Positions 41,641 through 53,828 of a DNA stretch of 64,000 nt are shown one piece after another. Positions within the stretch are counted from its first letter, which is position 1; every line of letters starts with the position of its first letter. This DNA is from Eledone cirrhosa. Its lineage: Eukaryota. Location of the stretch: positions 178,746,001 to 178,810,000 of the forward strand of contig OZ024742.1 of NCBI GenBank assembly GCA_964016885.1, given 5' to 3'. The notes beneath the pieces are model-generated. The model saw nothing but the letters and a program-made list of their open reading frames with translations. It had not been told where the DNA came from and made no database searches. Both the position numbers and the translations under genes were made by a program.

Positions 41641-43359
41641 TCAGATATTCAGGACGTATCGGAGTGTTCTTGCTGTTCCCAGCAAACATGCCTTTTGAAG
41701 CGTCCCAAAAAGCGTGGTGGGGCCAATTTTCTTTAACCATCCCTGGAAACTCTTTGAGATAGTTCCTAGTGCGCCTATGACAATCGGGACTACTTTGACT
41801 TCATGGCAGTTCCAAATCCTTTTTACCTCCCACTTTAAGTCCTGGTATCGGTTAATTTTCTCCCTATCCTTCTCTTGCACTCTCGTGTCGAATGGACAGG
41901 CCACATCCACAATCAGGCACGATCTTTTTTCCTTGTCCACAACCACCAGGTCTGGTCTATTGTGTTCCAGTTTCTTGTCCGTCTGTATCCTAAAATCCCA
42001 CAGCACCTTCACCTGATCGTTTTTTATCACCGACTCTGGCTTATGCTCATACCACTTCTCAGAATGAGGTAAATTGTTTACTTTGCATAGGTACCAGTGG
42101 ATCACCTTGCCCATCACATCATGTCTCCAGCCCTTATAGTGAGTCTGGGATAGGTGTTTACACTCGGATACAATGTGAGCCACAGTCTCCTCTTTCTCTC
42201 CACAGATCCTGCACAGTGGGCTAGCCTCCTCCTTGTAAATATGGTGTTTCAACCACTTCGTTTTGAGGGCCTGCTCTTGCGCGGCCATTAGCATTCCTTC
42301 TGTAGCCTTTTTAAGGTCTCCTCTTTTCAACCAGTTCCATGTCTGTGGATCTCTGAATTCAGTTTTCTCAAAGAAGGTACTATGAAGGGATTTTTCATGA
42401 AGGCTGCTCTTTCTCCTTGTTGTTATTTCCTCCTTGGACATCCCCTGATCTATTGTCCTCTTTTTCAGTACAATTCTGAGCATTGGCTCCTTACTATCAG
42501 TCACGTATTTGTGTAGGTTGTTTTTCTCCATCTGAACACAGTCCTCTATGCTGATAAGTCCTCTTCCACCCTCAGATCTCCTTAAGTAGAGTCTATCGAC
42601 ATCACTCCTCTTGTGGAACATGTTGTAGATAGTCAATAGCTTCCTAGTCTTCCTATCCATTTCTTTTTGTTCAGCAACATTCCACCTCAGAATTCCCGCA
42701 CTGTACCTAATAATAGACACAGCTCGGGAATTTACTGCACTTATGGCATTCCTACTGTTCAGATGTGACTTTAATACGCTCCTTATTCTCCGAATGTATT
42801 CAGATCTTATCAATTCCTTCATTTTTTTGTTCTTGATGTGATCAGCCTCCAGAACACCCAAATACTTGTATCCTTCTTCAGTGTCAATTTCCTTTATCAT
42901 CTCACCTGTTGGTACCTGGATTCCGTTGCTTCTGCTCAATTTACCCCTCTTCATCACAAGGACTCCACACTTACTAATACCAAATTGCATACATATATCA
43001 TTGCTGAAAATTCGGACAGTGTCAACAAGCACATCCAACTCCTTCTCACTCTCTCCGAAGAGCTTAAGTTCGTCCATGAAGAGGAGGTGATTGATGGTTA
43101 GCTCTCCCTTTCCCAACTTGTATCCTGCTCTCACTTTTCGCAGTATAATGGTCAGGGGCATCAGGGCAAGGGCAAACAACAGAGGGGACAGACTATCTCC
43201 CTGGAAGATACCTCTCTTGATCTTCACGCCTCCCAAGGATTCTCCAGCTGATGTTAACTCTGTTTTCCAGGACTTCATACTCTTTCCCAACAATTGTCTG
43301 ATGTTATCTGCCACCTTGAAGATCTGTAGGCTTTTGGTGATCCAAGAATAAGGCACCAT
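41641..43359 (-). pseudogene. 5'-truncated R4/Dong-type LINE copy (element about 41566-43427), RT C-half and RLE
   Basis: Closely parallels the C-terminal 572 aa of 43540-46932; catalytic FMDD reads FMDE; TGG>TAG just upstream; (TAA)-like tracts at both ends. Confidence 0.92.
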
Positions 43360-43539
43360 GTCAAATGCCTTTTTGTAGTCTATCTATCCCATGGCAAGAC
43401 CAGTGTGTCTCCTCTTGCAATTCCTCATTATTATTATTATTATTATTATTATTGTTATTGTTATTCCTTGAATCTCAGTCATTGATGTTGGTTAACTGGA
43501 AAGTCCGTTGGATTGAATATCAAGCCACTACCTGCAGCC

Positions 43540-46500
43540 TCAGATATTCAGGACGTATCGGAGGGTTCTTGCCGTTCCAAGCAAGCATGCCTTTTGAAGC
43601 GTTCCAAAAAGCGTGAAGGGGCCGATTTTCTTTAACCATCCCTGGAAACCTTTGGAGATAGTCCCCAGTGCGCCTATGACAATCGGGATCACTTTGACTT
43701 CATGGCAGTTCCAAATCCTTTTCACCTCCCACTTTAGGTCCTGGTATCGGTTAATTTTCTCCCTCTCCTTCTCTTGCACTCTCGTGTCGAACGGGCAGGC
43801 CACATCCACAATCAGGCACGATCTTTTTTCTTTGTCCACAACCACCAGGTCAGGTCTATTGTGTTCCAGTTTTTTGTCCGTCTGTATCCTAAAATCCCAC
43901 AGCACCTTCACCTGACTGTTCTCCATCACCGCCTCTGGCCTATGCTCATACCATTTCTCAGAATGTGGTAGATTGTTTACTTTGCACAGGTGCCAGTGGA
44001 TCACCCTGCCCATCACATCGTGTCTCCAGCCCTTATAGTGGGTCTGGGCTAGGTGTTTACACTCGGACACAATGTGAGCCACAGTCTCCTCTCTCTCTCC
44101 ACAGATCCTGCACAGTGGGCTAGCCTCCTCCTTGTAGATATGGTGCTTCAACCACTTCGTTTTGAGGGCCTGCTCCTGCGCAGCCATTAGCATTCCTTCT
44201 GTAGCCTTTTTGAGGTCTCCTCTTCTCAACCAGTTCCATGTCTGTGGATCTCTAAATTCAGTTTTCTCAAAGAAGGTACTATGAAGGGATTTTCCCTTAA
44301 GGCTGCTCTTCCTCCTTGATGTTATTTCCTCCTTGGGTATCCCCTGGCCTACTGTCCCCTCCTTCAGTACAGCTCTGAGCATTGGCTCCTTACTATAGGT
44401 CACGTATTTGTATAGGTTGTTTTTCTCCATCTGAACACAGTCCTCTATGCTGATAAGACCTCTTCCACCCTCAGATCTCCTTAGGTAGAGTCTATCGACA
44501 TCACTCCTCTTGTGGAACATGTTGTAGATAGTCAATAGCTTCCTAGTCTTCCTATCCATTTCTTTTTGTTCAGCAACATTCCATCTCAGAATTCCCGCAC
44601 TGTACCTAATAATAGACACAGCTCGGGAATTTACTGCGCTTATGGCATTTCTGCTGTTCAGATGTGACTTCAATACGCTCCTTACTCTCCGAATGTATTC
44701 AGTTCTTAACAATTCCTTCATTTTTTTGTTCTTTATGCCATCAGCCTCCAGAACGCCCAAATACTTGTATCCTTCCTCAGAGTCAATTTCCTTTATCATC
44801 TCACCTGTTGGTATCTGGATCCCGTTACTTCTGCTCAACCTACCCCTCCTCATCACAATGACTCCACATTTACCAATACCAAACTGCATACATATATCAC
44901 TGCTGAAAATACGGACAGTGTCAACAAGCACATCCAACTCCTTCTCACTTTTCCCGAAGAGCTTAAGATCGTCCATGAAGAGGAGGTGATTGATGGTAAG
45001 CTCTCCCCTTCCCAACTTGTATCCTGCTCTCACTTTTCGCAGCATAATGGTCAAGGGCATCAGGGCAAGGACAAACAACAGAGGGGACAGGCTATCTCCC
45101 TGGAAGATACCTCTCTTGATCTTCACGCTTCCCAAGGATACTCCAGTTGATGTCAACTCTGTCTCCCAGGACCCCATACTCCTGCCCAGCAACTGTCTGA
45201 TGTTATCTGCCACCCTGAAGATCTCCAGGCTTTTGGTGATCCAGGAATGAGGCACCATGTCAAATGCCTTTCTGTAGTCTATCCATCCCATGGCAAGATC
45301 AGTGTGTCTCCTCCTGCAATTCCCCATTACCATCTTATCAATAAGCAACTGGTCCTTTGTACCACGTGACTTCTTTCGGCATCCTTTCTGTTCGTCCGGC
45401 AACAAGTTGTTTGTGTGGAGGTGATGGTAGATTTCCTCAGACACAATGCTCGTCAACAGTTTCCACATTACGGGCAGACATGTGATAGGTCTATAGTTGG
45501 CAACATCATTACCCTTGATTCGGTCTTTCATTATCAGAACTGTGGTACCTTTTGTCAACCACTCTGGCACCTCACCCGACACCAAGCAGTCATTGAACAT
45601 GGCCGTCAGCTTCGGGTGGAGGGATGTTAAATGTTTAATCCAATACCCCTGCACACCATCTGGGCCTGGTGATTTCCAGTTGGTTAGTTTTTTGGCTTGC
45701 CCCTTAAGAGTTTCAACTGTGATACTCAAATCAGTCTGTTGCTGTGCCTGCTCACCGATCTCCCTCTGTACTGTCTCAATCCACCCTGCCTGGGCATTGT
45801 GTCCAACATCCTGCTCCCATATTCCTCTCCAGAATGTTTTAGCTTGTTCCGCCCCAGGGATCAAGTCGTTGCCTCTTTCTTTCCCCTCAAGCTGTCCAAA
45901 CAGCATCTTCTGGTTGTTGTCGAACATGCGGTTCTGTTTATACTGACTGACTCTGTTCTCGTATCGCCTGATTTTGGCACTCTTTGCTACAATGCGTTGC
46001 TTCAATTCCTCTATGATAATATTTAGCTTTTTACTCCTAGTTTTGTATTTTATTTCCAGTCTATTTTTAGTGCCTATGTTTTTTAGTGTCCCATTCAGTA
46101 GTGACTCAAGCTTTCCTATGTCATTTCTCATTTCCCCGATTTGCCCACTCAGTCGCTTCTTCCACCACGGCTCTGCTCTTTCTTGTCTGTTGTTTCCTCT
46201 CGCTTTTATACCAAGTAGTTTCCTCACCGTATTTGCTGTTGCTTTGAGGATATTGTTGCACTGGTGAAGACTCCTCGCCTCAAGGTATGGGATGACTTTG
46301 TTTACCTTAGCTGTTGTTTCTTTTAACTTTTTCCTGTCTACAAATCTTAGGTTCATAGGTCTCCCACTATCATTGTTCAACTCATCTACCACTAAATTTA
46401 GGATGTCAACCGAATCTTGTCCTAGCCCGTCAGCATTCATCTCCTCAGTGGCCGTATCTCTGTTCCAGGTATTATTTATCTCAGTATTCAGATCATTGTC

Positions 46501-46932
46501 TGCTTCGGGTGGTTCCTCCGTTCTCAGGACCTCTTCACCTTCATTTCCCGCCGGCTCGCTTGTCTGGCATACTACACCCGCCATCTCCAAGCCATTATCT
46601 CTGCTCAGTTCCTCCAGTTCCAGCTCGCTTATCCACCCATTAGTTCTTATTACCCGAGCCTGCCCGGCCAATTTTTGTTCATCTAATTTAAATAAACCAA
46701 TCTCGTTCCAGATGTTATGCATCCGTCTCCTGTAGCCCCTCTCCTTGGGGTTACTTTTCAGGTAGCATTGCATAACAGTTCTATTCAATTCTTTCGTCCA
46801 GTTGGTTCTGGCCCCTTTCCTTCTTCTTCTTCCTCCAACATCAGCAGTATTTGGTTGACAGTCAGGTTCCTGCTGCTGAGCCAGGGGGCACCTGTTGGGT
46901 GAGAGTCTGTCACATGACGTTCTAGTCTCCAT
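43540..46932 (-). CDS. Intact R4/Dong-type non-LTR retrotransposon polyprotein (RT, CCHC finger, restriction-like endonuclease), 1130 aa
   Basis: KSPGPDG, YRPITCL, QGDSLSPLLF, LFMDD, YKYLG, CRICGEREETVAHIVSEC, RHD, RPD..DVACPFD..EKINRY; no APE domain; 76-bp 3' UTR then (TAA)n. Confidence 0.95.
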   Translation of the reverse strand: METRTSCDRLSPNRCPLAQQQEPDCQPNTADVGGRRRRKGARTNWTKELNRTVMQCYLKSNPKERGYRRRMHNIWNEIGLFKLDEQKLAGQARVIRTNGWISELELEELSRDNGLEMAGVVCQTSEPAGNEGEEVLRTEEPPEADNDLNTEINNTWNRDTATEEMNADGLGQDSVDILNLVVDELNNDSGRPMNLRFVDRKKLKETTAKVNKVIPYLEARSLHQCNNILKATANTVRKLLGIKARGNNRQERAEPWWKKRLSGQIGEMRNDIGKLESLLNGTLKNIGTKNRLEIKYKTRSKKLNIIIEELKQRIVAKSAKIRRYENRVSQYKQNRMFDNNQKMLFGQLEGKERGNDLIPGAEQAKTFWRGIWEQDVGHNAQAGWIETVQREIGEQAQQQTDLSITVETLKGQAKKLTNWKSPGPDGVQGYWIKHLTSLHPKLTAMFNDCLVSGEVPEWLTKGTTVLIMKDRIKGNDVANYRPITCLPVMWKLLTSIVSEEIYHHLHTNNLLPDEQKGCRKKSRGTKDQLLIDKMVMGNCRRRHTDLAMGWIDYRKAFDMVPHSWITKSLEIFRVADNIRQLLGRSMGSWETELTSTGVSLGSVKIKRGIFQGDSLSPLLFVLALMPLTIMLRKVRAGYKLGRGELTINHLLFMDDLKLFGKSEKELDVLVDTVRIFSSDICMQFGIGKCGVIVMRRGRLSRSNGIQIPTGEMIKEIDSEEGYKYLGVLEADGIKNKKMKELLRTEYIRRVRSVLKSHLNSRNAISAVNSRAVSIIRYSAGILRWNVAEQKEMDRKTRKLLTIYNMFHKRSDVDRLYLRRSEGGRGLISIEDCVQMEKNNLYKYVTYSKEPMLRAVLKEGTVGQGIPKEEITSRRKSSLKGKSLHSTFFEKTEFRDPQTWNWLRRGDLKKATEGMLMAAQEQALKTKWLKHHIYKEEASPLCRICGEREETVAHIVSECKHLAQTHYKGWRHDVMGRVIHWHLCKVNNLPHSEKWYEHRPEAVMENSQVKVLWDFRIQTDKKLEHNRPDLVVVDKEKRSCLIVDVACPFDTRVQEKEREKINRYQDLKWEVKRIWNCHEVKVIPIVIGALGTISKGFQGWLKKIGPFTLFGTLQKACLLGTARTLRYVLNI

Positions 46933-47501
46933 TTCACCGTTATTCGAACTGTTTATGTTCGATATTTAAACACTCTTATCGAGGATTGGCGAATGTATGT
47001 TTACATAGCCATCTGTGGATCCGCCATCCCACTTGGCCCTTGTGTGGCATTATCACCACGCTGTATACGGACACACATAAACAAACAAACACACGGGCAG
47101 AAAGGGCCCCAAAAATGAATAAGCATAAGTTTCATTGTAATGTAGTATTCGAATGTCTGACTTAGTTTTTGTTTTTTAAGTTTTACTTTTTCCCCCCTCT
47201 TCTCTGTCCGTCCGCCTGCTTCTCTCTTCATTCTTATTTTCTTTACGTTTTTGGGGTTTCTTTTTTTGTTTTTGTTTTTCTCTGTTTTTCTCGTTTTTTA
47301 CTGTTGTTGCTGTGCTGCTTTTGTTGTTTGTTTTTTCTTTTTTCTTTTGAGTCTATCTATATATTTTGATGCCTTCCTCTTTATTAGTAGTAGGAATTCT
47401 ATAATGTGGAAGTGGTAGCCAGCAGAGACTGGCGGCGTTGGCGATACTGAGACAGTGGTGGTGGTGATGTCGATACCGAGGCAGTGGTGGCGGTGATGCG
47501 A

Positions 47502-48474
47502 CCGTATTACTGTAGTGATGGTGCTGTAGCGGTGGCAGCAGCAGTGAAGGAGTCAGGGGGTGGTGGCGGCGGTGATGGGATAGTGGTGGTAATGATGGCC
47601 GTAGTGAGCGGTGGCAGTGAAGGTGAAAATGCTGTTGTGTTCAGTGTACACAGATGATGGGGTGGGTGGTGTATCTAGTTTCTGGTGTTGGTGAGTTTCG
47701 CTGTCCTATATAGTGTAGCCAGAGGAGAGGAGGGGGGGGGGGTTCTTCTTCTTCCATTTATAGCCATTTTATTTTTTTTTTTGGATATACAGTGTACAAT
47801 ACAAAGTTGAATATTTGAATATTTGAGCCGTATTACTGTAGTGATGGTGCTGTAGCGGTGGCAGCAGCAGTGAAGGAGTCAAGGGGTGGTGGCGGCGGTG
47901 ATGGGATAGTGGTGGTAATGATGGCCGTAGTGAGCGGTGGCGGTGAAGGTGAAAATGTTGTTGTGTTTAGTGTACACAGATGATGGGGTGGGTGGTGTAT
48001 CTAGTTTCTGGTGTTGGTGAGTTTCGCTGTCCTATATAGTGTAGCCAGAGGAGAGGAGGGGGGGGGTTCTTCTTCTTCCATTTATAGCCATTTTTTTTTT
48101 TTTTTTTTGGATATACAGTGTACAATACAAAGTTGAATATTTGAATATTTGAGCCGTATTACTGTAGTGATGGTGCTGTAGCGGTGGCAGCAGCAGTGAA
48201 GGAGTCAAGGGGTGGTGGCGGCGGTGATGGGATAGTGGTGGTAATGATGGCCGTAGTGAGCGGTGGCGGTGAAGGTGAAAATGCTGTTGTGTTTAGTGTA
48301 CACAGATGATGGGGTGGGTGGTGTATCTAGTTTCTGGTGTTGGTGAGTTTAGCTGTCCTATATAGTGTAGCCAGAGGAGAGGAGGGGGGGGGGGTTCTTC
48401 TTCTTCCATTTATAGCCATTTTTTTTTGGATATACAGTGTACAATACAAAGTTGAATATTTGAATATTTGAGCC
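47502..48474 (-). repeat. Three 326-bp tandem monomers upstream of the R4/Dong-type ORF
   Basis: CCGTATTACTGTAG at 47502, 47828 and 48154; copies differ mainly in homopolymer length. Confidence 0.92.
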
Positions 48475-48640
48475 TTATAACAATATATTTTGGGTCCGAA
48501 TTTTTTTGGGGCTCAAGCCGGGTGCTTTACGTAGCATTTGTACTAAGAGTTGTTATTTCACAAATGATTTAAATATGTTAAAAATTCAAAACTTACGGGA
48601 GCGATTTCATGACCTCCGTCACCTCGTGCGTCTTCTTCCC

Positions 48641-48729
<89 letters not shown>
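48641..48729 (+). repeat. (TTA)n tract, about 29 units, between two head-to-head LINEs
   Basis: Direct reading. Confidence 0.97.
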
Positions 48730-49408
48730 GGCGACTTACGTAGTAAATCGTATCATCGTGAGCTCCGCAAAGGTTTGTTATTTTCAGTTGTTCAAAATTG
48801 CCATTCATGGAAAATTTTATTGTTAATTGTATATAAGTGCACATACATTGTTATCTGAAAAGGACACCCAAAAAGATTGGGGCCTTGAGCCCAAAATTGA
48901 AACTTTTATAATTAGCAAACAAAAAACTTTCTTTGAAAAATCATGGCCAACTCAGTAGCTGAGAGCCTTCCTCACAAACTAACACCTTCCACCGACACCA
49001 CCATTGTAAATATTACTACGTTTGCCAACACTAAAAAAAATATAAGCAGTTGCAATATTTTAAATTTGTCTCAGGCAGACATTCATTTCCCGCCATTACC
49101 AATGACTGCAGGTGTTAAAGCCGCCACCACCACCACCACCACCGCGACAACCCCCACCCCCACCCCCACCACCACAGCGACAACCAGCACCCCCACCCCC
49201 ACCGCGACAACAGAAACAAAAGAAAAAATTAATTAACCCGTGATATCGAAATGAATTCAACCAAAATGAACTCTTCCACACCGAACACCACTGACGCCAC
49301 CACCACCACAACTGAAACTAAAATTAATAATAACAAAAATAACGATAACAACAACAGCAACATTGACATTAAGGAAACCACCCTGAGTTTTGCCAGAGTA
49401 GCAAAACA

Positions 49409-50593
49409 GTGCGAAGCATTTCAGGTAACTCAGGAGGAATTAGAAGAAGCCAAAAAAATGGTAAAGAAAGATGGGTACAGGGTCAGCCTCACCCCCCACC
49501 TAATAAAATGGAGCATCGGCACCTATGCACCGTGTCTTATCGAACAATTAATATAAAATCGCGCCGAGTGGAACGGGCATCCGAGTTCCAAATCCAAAAA
49601 GCTTTGGGACATGTGTGGGCAAAAAAAACCCACATCAGACGTGGGCAGAAGTATGGAACCGTGGATGTATTCTTTGAAACACCACAGGAGGCTAGAGAAC
49701 ACTCCATGGCCCCATTAAGAAGTGACGACTTCACACTCGTCCCAAGCTATTGTGGCCAGAGACTCGTAAAGATCAGGGTCACCCACGTTCCACCGGCCAT
49801 CGAAATTCCCTGGCTAATAGCTGCCGTCCTCGCCGGCATCGAAGCCAACACCAAGATAATAGAAATAGCGAAAGAAAAGCAGGAGAACTGGTCCGGATCT
49901 GGGATGGAGCTCCTGATCCAAGCGGACCAAAAAAGCATTGAGGAGATCCCAGAGGTAATAGACCTCACTGACGGCAGCCACCTCACCGTAATTGTCGAGG
50001 GCAGAAGGCCTAGGTGTGTCGTTTGTGGTGAAGCAACCCACCTAAGGGCTTTCTGCCCTCAGGCTAAAAGGATGAGGCTACCTCTCCTACCCACCCCAGT
50101 GACTCAACCATCAACACCACCAGCAGCAGAGATGGCGGCAACAACTGTAGCAGCAACAATAGAAGCAACTATAACAGCAACAACCCCAGTAACAGTAGCA
50201 AAACCAACACCACCACCACCCAACGCTTCAGAACTAGCACCAGTGCCTACACCATCCACCACGCCACAACCAAAACTAACGTCCCGCTCTTTAGTGTTAG
50301 TGGGCGACTGGAACGGGATCTTAGATGCACGCTGGGATTGTGTGGGATTAGTGGATAGGGGAGGAGTGTGCAAGAGTCTCACCAACCTGCTCAGGCGTTT
50401 TGAACTGTCTGACAGGTACCGATTGGATTTCCCGAATGTGCCAATGTGGACTTGGACAAATCGCATCGGATCATCCAGATCATATCTAGATAGAGTATTT
50501 TGTAGGGAAATAGATAGGTCTAGCATAGGCTGTCCACAATTCAAGATAGTCAGCTACACGGACCACAAATTCGTGATCTGTGTGCTTGACTAA
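49409..50593 (+). pseudogene. ORF1 (zinc knuckle) fused in frame to the C-terminal half of the APE endonuclease
   Basis: CVVCGEATHLRAFC and a Pro/Thr linker, then LVGDWN..WTW..SYLDR..TDHK after a junction near 50279. Confidence 0.8.
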
Positions 50594-50874
50594 GAAAGGC
50601 TTCATAGACGAGGACCCGGCTACTGGAAGCTAAACGCGTCCTTACCAGCGCGCAAGGCCTACAGAGACCGGATTAGCGAACTAGTTAAGCGGGCGTTGAC
50701 GGGGCCATCGTCAACAAGAAGTGGTGGTTTGCTCTGAAAAGAGCAATTAGAATAGAGTCCATTAGGTTTAGTAAGGCTTTAGCAATAGAGAAAAATAGAG
50801 CAGAGGGAGAATTAGTTAGAAAATTAGACGAGGCGCTTTGCAAAGGCATCACGACCGAGGTATTTGCGGCGAAA

Positions 50875-53001
50875 TTGGCCCTTGACCAATTCTTCAATGC
50901 AAAGCACGGAGGCTGTGTTGTCAGAGCTAGGATGCGTGCTCTCAGACACGAGGGGACGAAAGCCGTTCAATGGGCCCGAGTGGCGGAGGCGCGTCGTGGC
51001 AACAAAGCCACGATCCGGTCTTTGGTGGACCACGACGGGCGCATGCTACTCGATCCCGGGAAAATGTGTGAAGCTTTTCAGCGACACTTCGCTCAACTGT
51101 TCGGGGGCAGTGGCGGGCCGGATCGAGGGATGGACTTTAGTGTCTACCTCGACGGACTGCCGCGGCTCTTGGCCACTGAGGCGGAGTGTTGTAAAAAGTC
51201 GATAACAGCCGCTGAAGTACGGGAGGCAATGACTGGCTGCACAAGGGGTAAATCGCCTGGTTTGGATGGTCTGCCCTATGAACTTTACGTACAAATGCCA
51301 GACTTGTTCGGAGGCCACTTGGCGGACGTCTACTGCAACTGGCAACAGAACGGGAGAATTCTCAGCTCTGTGAGCCGAGGAGCGGTGGCGCTGCTGAGAA
51401 AGGATCCGAACAAGGGGGATAACATAGATAATTTTAGGCCCATAACTCTGCTAAACACAGAGTTCAAGATTTTGGCCAAGGTGCTAGCAAAGAGGTTGGC
51501 GCTTGTCGTTGATGGTCTGTTAGGAGAGGCGCAGACATGCGCCATTCCCGACAGATCCATCCGCGACAACCTCCACCTCATGCGATACATCGTAGAGAGG
51601 GTAGCTAGGGAACCTGACAAGGGTGGGTCTTTGATAAATTTAGATCAGTCGAAAGCCTTCGATAGGCTCGACCATCGTTACCTAGCGGCAGTCCAGAGGG
51701 CGGCTGGCTTTGGGCCCGTCTTCAGAGGCTGGATCGCTGCCATGCACAGCGACATCTGCTCTGTGGTGAGAGTGAACGGTCACCTTTCGGAACCGTTCAA
51801 CATCATGCGCTCGGTCCGCCAAGGATGTCCCCTCTCGTCCCTCTTGTACGTATTGACTCTCGAGCCATTACTGCACAAACTGGAGACGTTGAGGGGGGTC
51901 CCGCGCGAACTAGGATGCGGAAGATCCGTGTCAGCATATGCGGACGATGTCACCGTAGTGGTGTCGAACGCCAAACACATCGAGGCGATCGGCACTACAC
52001 TAAGAGAATACGAAGCGGTGACAGGAGCAATGATCAACCAGGAAAAGTCAGTGGGCCTGCAGCTCGGCACCTGGAGAGGCAGGTCCATGCCGTCCAACAG
52101 CGTCGTCGGGAGCTGGATGGACGGACCGGTTAAATTGCTAGGGGTCTGGTTCGGTCCGGACCTCCAGACGGACAAAAACTGGGACGAGGTGACGAGCAGG
52201 GTGGCTTCTCTCACCCAGAAATGGGCCGAGAGGAAGCTATCGTTGAAAAGTCGAGCGGAGGTGGCTAACGCGTACATCGCGTCCGTCATCTACTACCGCC
52301 TGACCGTCGTACCTTGTCCTAAGCCCCGCCTGACTGCGCTGGAGCGTTTGCTCTTTCGCTTTTTGTGGAAAGGACGCGCTCCGATGGTCAGGCGGTCCAT
52401 CTGCTGTCAACACCCGCTACGTGGAGGGCTAGGCGTTCCGTGGCTGATGATGCGCAGACACGCGCTCAGGCTACGACATCTCCACCTCTTCCTCGATGGT
52501 GATCAGGTGTGGTCGCCGTTTGCTAGACACGTCTTTCCCCAGCTCGTCTCCTTGACGGAGCTGCAGTCCTGGGTCAAGCGAAGACCGAGAGGGAGCGCTT
52601 GGAGACTGGAATGTCTTCAGGCGCTCACAGCCCTCGACCAATCGGGCAATGTGATCGGTGGAAACTCCATCTTGGCGTTCTATAGAGGATTAGTGGAGGG
52701 GAAGAGCGACGACGTACTTGGAGAAACTCTAGGCGTCGACGAAAATCAACTAGCCAATCTCTTCGGAAGGACATTCGGGCCGGGGCCTATGGACAACTTC
52801 CAGAAATCCCTGGCCTGGCAGTGCTACCGTGGAGCTTTGCCAGTTCGGGATAAACTCTACAGGCATGGAGGTGCCGTCAGCCTGGCATGTCCGAGATGCG
52901 CGCAGGGCGACGAAACCGTCCTGCACGCACTCGTCCAGTGTCCGAAAATTGCTGACTTGTGGGTTTATGTCGGATCCAGCTATCAGCTGAGTCTATCGTA
53001 A
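50875..53001 (+). pseudogene. Tx1-like ORF2 reverse transcriptase portion (708-aa open segment)
   Basis: KSPGLDGL, FRPITLLN, LDQSKAFDR, VRQGCPLS, AYADD; cut off from APE by a stop at 50591 and a frameshift; C-terminus frameshifted near 52970. Confidence 0.9.
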
Positions 53002-53794
53002 GGATTGCCCCGCCCTCTTCCTTTAGCCGGGAAGGGCAGGCAGTTTTTATCTGTCTGGTGGCCATGGCGAAAGAGATAGTATGGTGGACACGTTTGAAAG
53101 GGCTGAAGACGAGCACTTACCTCTTCGGTGATGCCCTAATTAACTTTTTCAAATTTCATTTGAAAAGGAAAATCAGGGTAGAGAGGGAAGTGCTCTCTTC
53201 CCAGCATTTTGTTGAAAGATGGGTGAGAGAAGCAAGTATGGCCCGAGTGAATGGGCCTACTCTGAGTATGTGTCTGTAAATTAAAGGTGGAAAACTGGGA
53301 GAGGGCACTTGCCCTGGTGGTCAGGGTCACTGTGGTCTTTTAATGGGCTTTCTCCACAAATGTCCCTCGGAAGTCTCCCCCCTATTGCGGAATTTTTCTT
53401 TGTCATTTTATTACATCCTCTGTTTTTTTACACGCAGAAATGCCCATTTGTACCGTCCTGTATTGTCCTGTACTGTCCTTAATCCTTTACTTAACGTAAA
53501 CCTTTGTGGTTAATAAAGAAAACATTATTATTATTATTTTATGTCTTATATTTACACGCACAAAACCCACATCGTACCGTCCTGTTCCGTCTGTGATGTT
53601 TTTCTTGATGTCAGCCCTTGTGGCCAATAAAGAAATCATTATTATTATTATTATTATTGTTATTATTATTATTGTCATTATTATGTTTTTTTCGTGCAAT
53701 GACCATACTCGATAACAAGGGGGCAACCATCATGTATGTATGTATGTATGTATGTATGTATGTATGTATGTATGTATGTATGTATGTATGTATG

Positions 53795-53828
<34 letters not shown>

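Larger units (their letters stand above)
48730..53637 (+). mobile_element. Near full-length Tx1/L1-clade LINE with an internal deletion, bounded by (TTA)n and (ATT)n
   Basis: 5' UTR, ORF1 with CCHC knuckle, partial APE, RT, C-terminal CPRC..ETVLH..C, 3' end CCCTTGTGGCCAATAAAGAAATC(ATT)n. Confidence 0.9.

Noticed and set aside
46830-46910. HDV-like ribozyme at the 5' end of the Dong-type ORF
   Set aside because: CCAACA/TGTTGG and CAGCAG/CTGCTG helices exist on the minus strand, but I could not build a P1 helix or a consistent nested pseudoknot; needs a descriptor search.
41714-52289. Antisense ORFs overlapping the LINE coding regions
   Set aside because: Shadow frames of RT-coding sequence without independent motifs.
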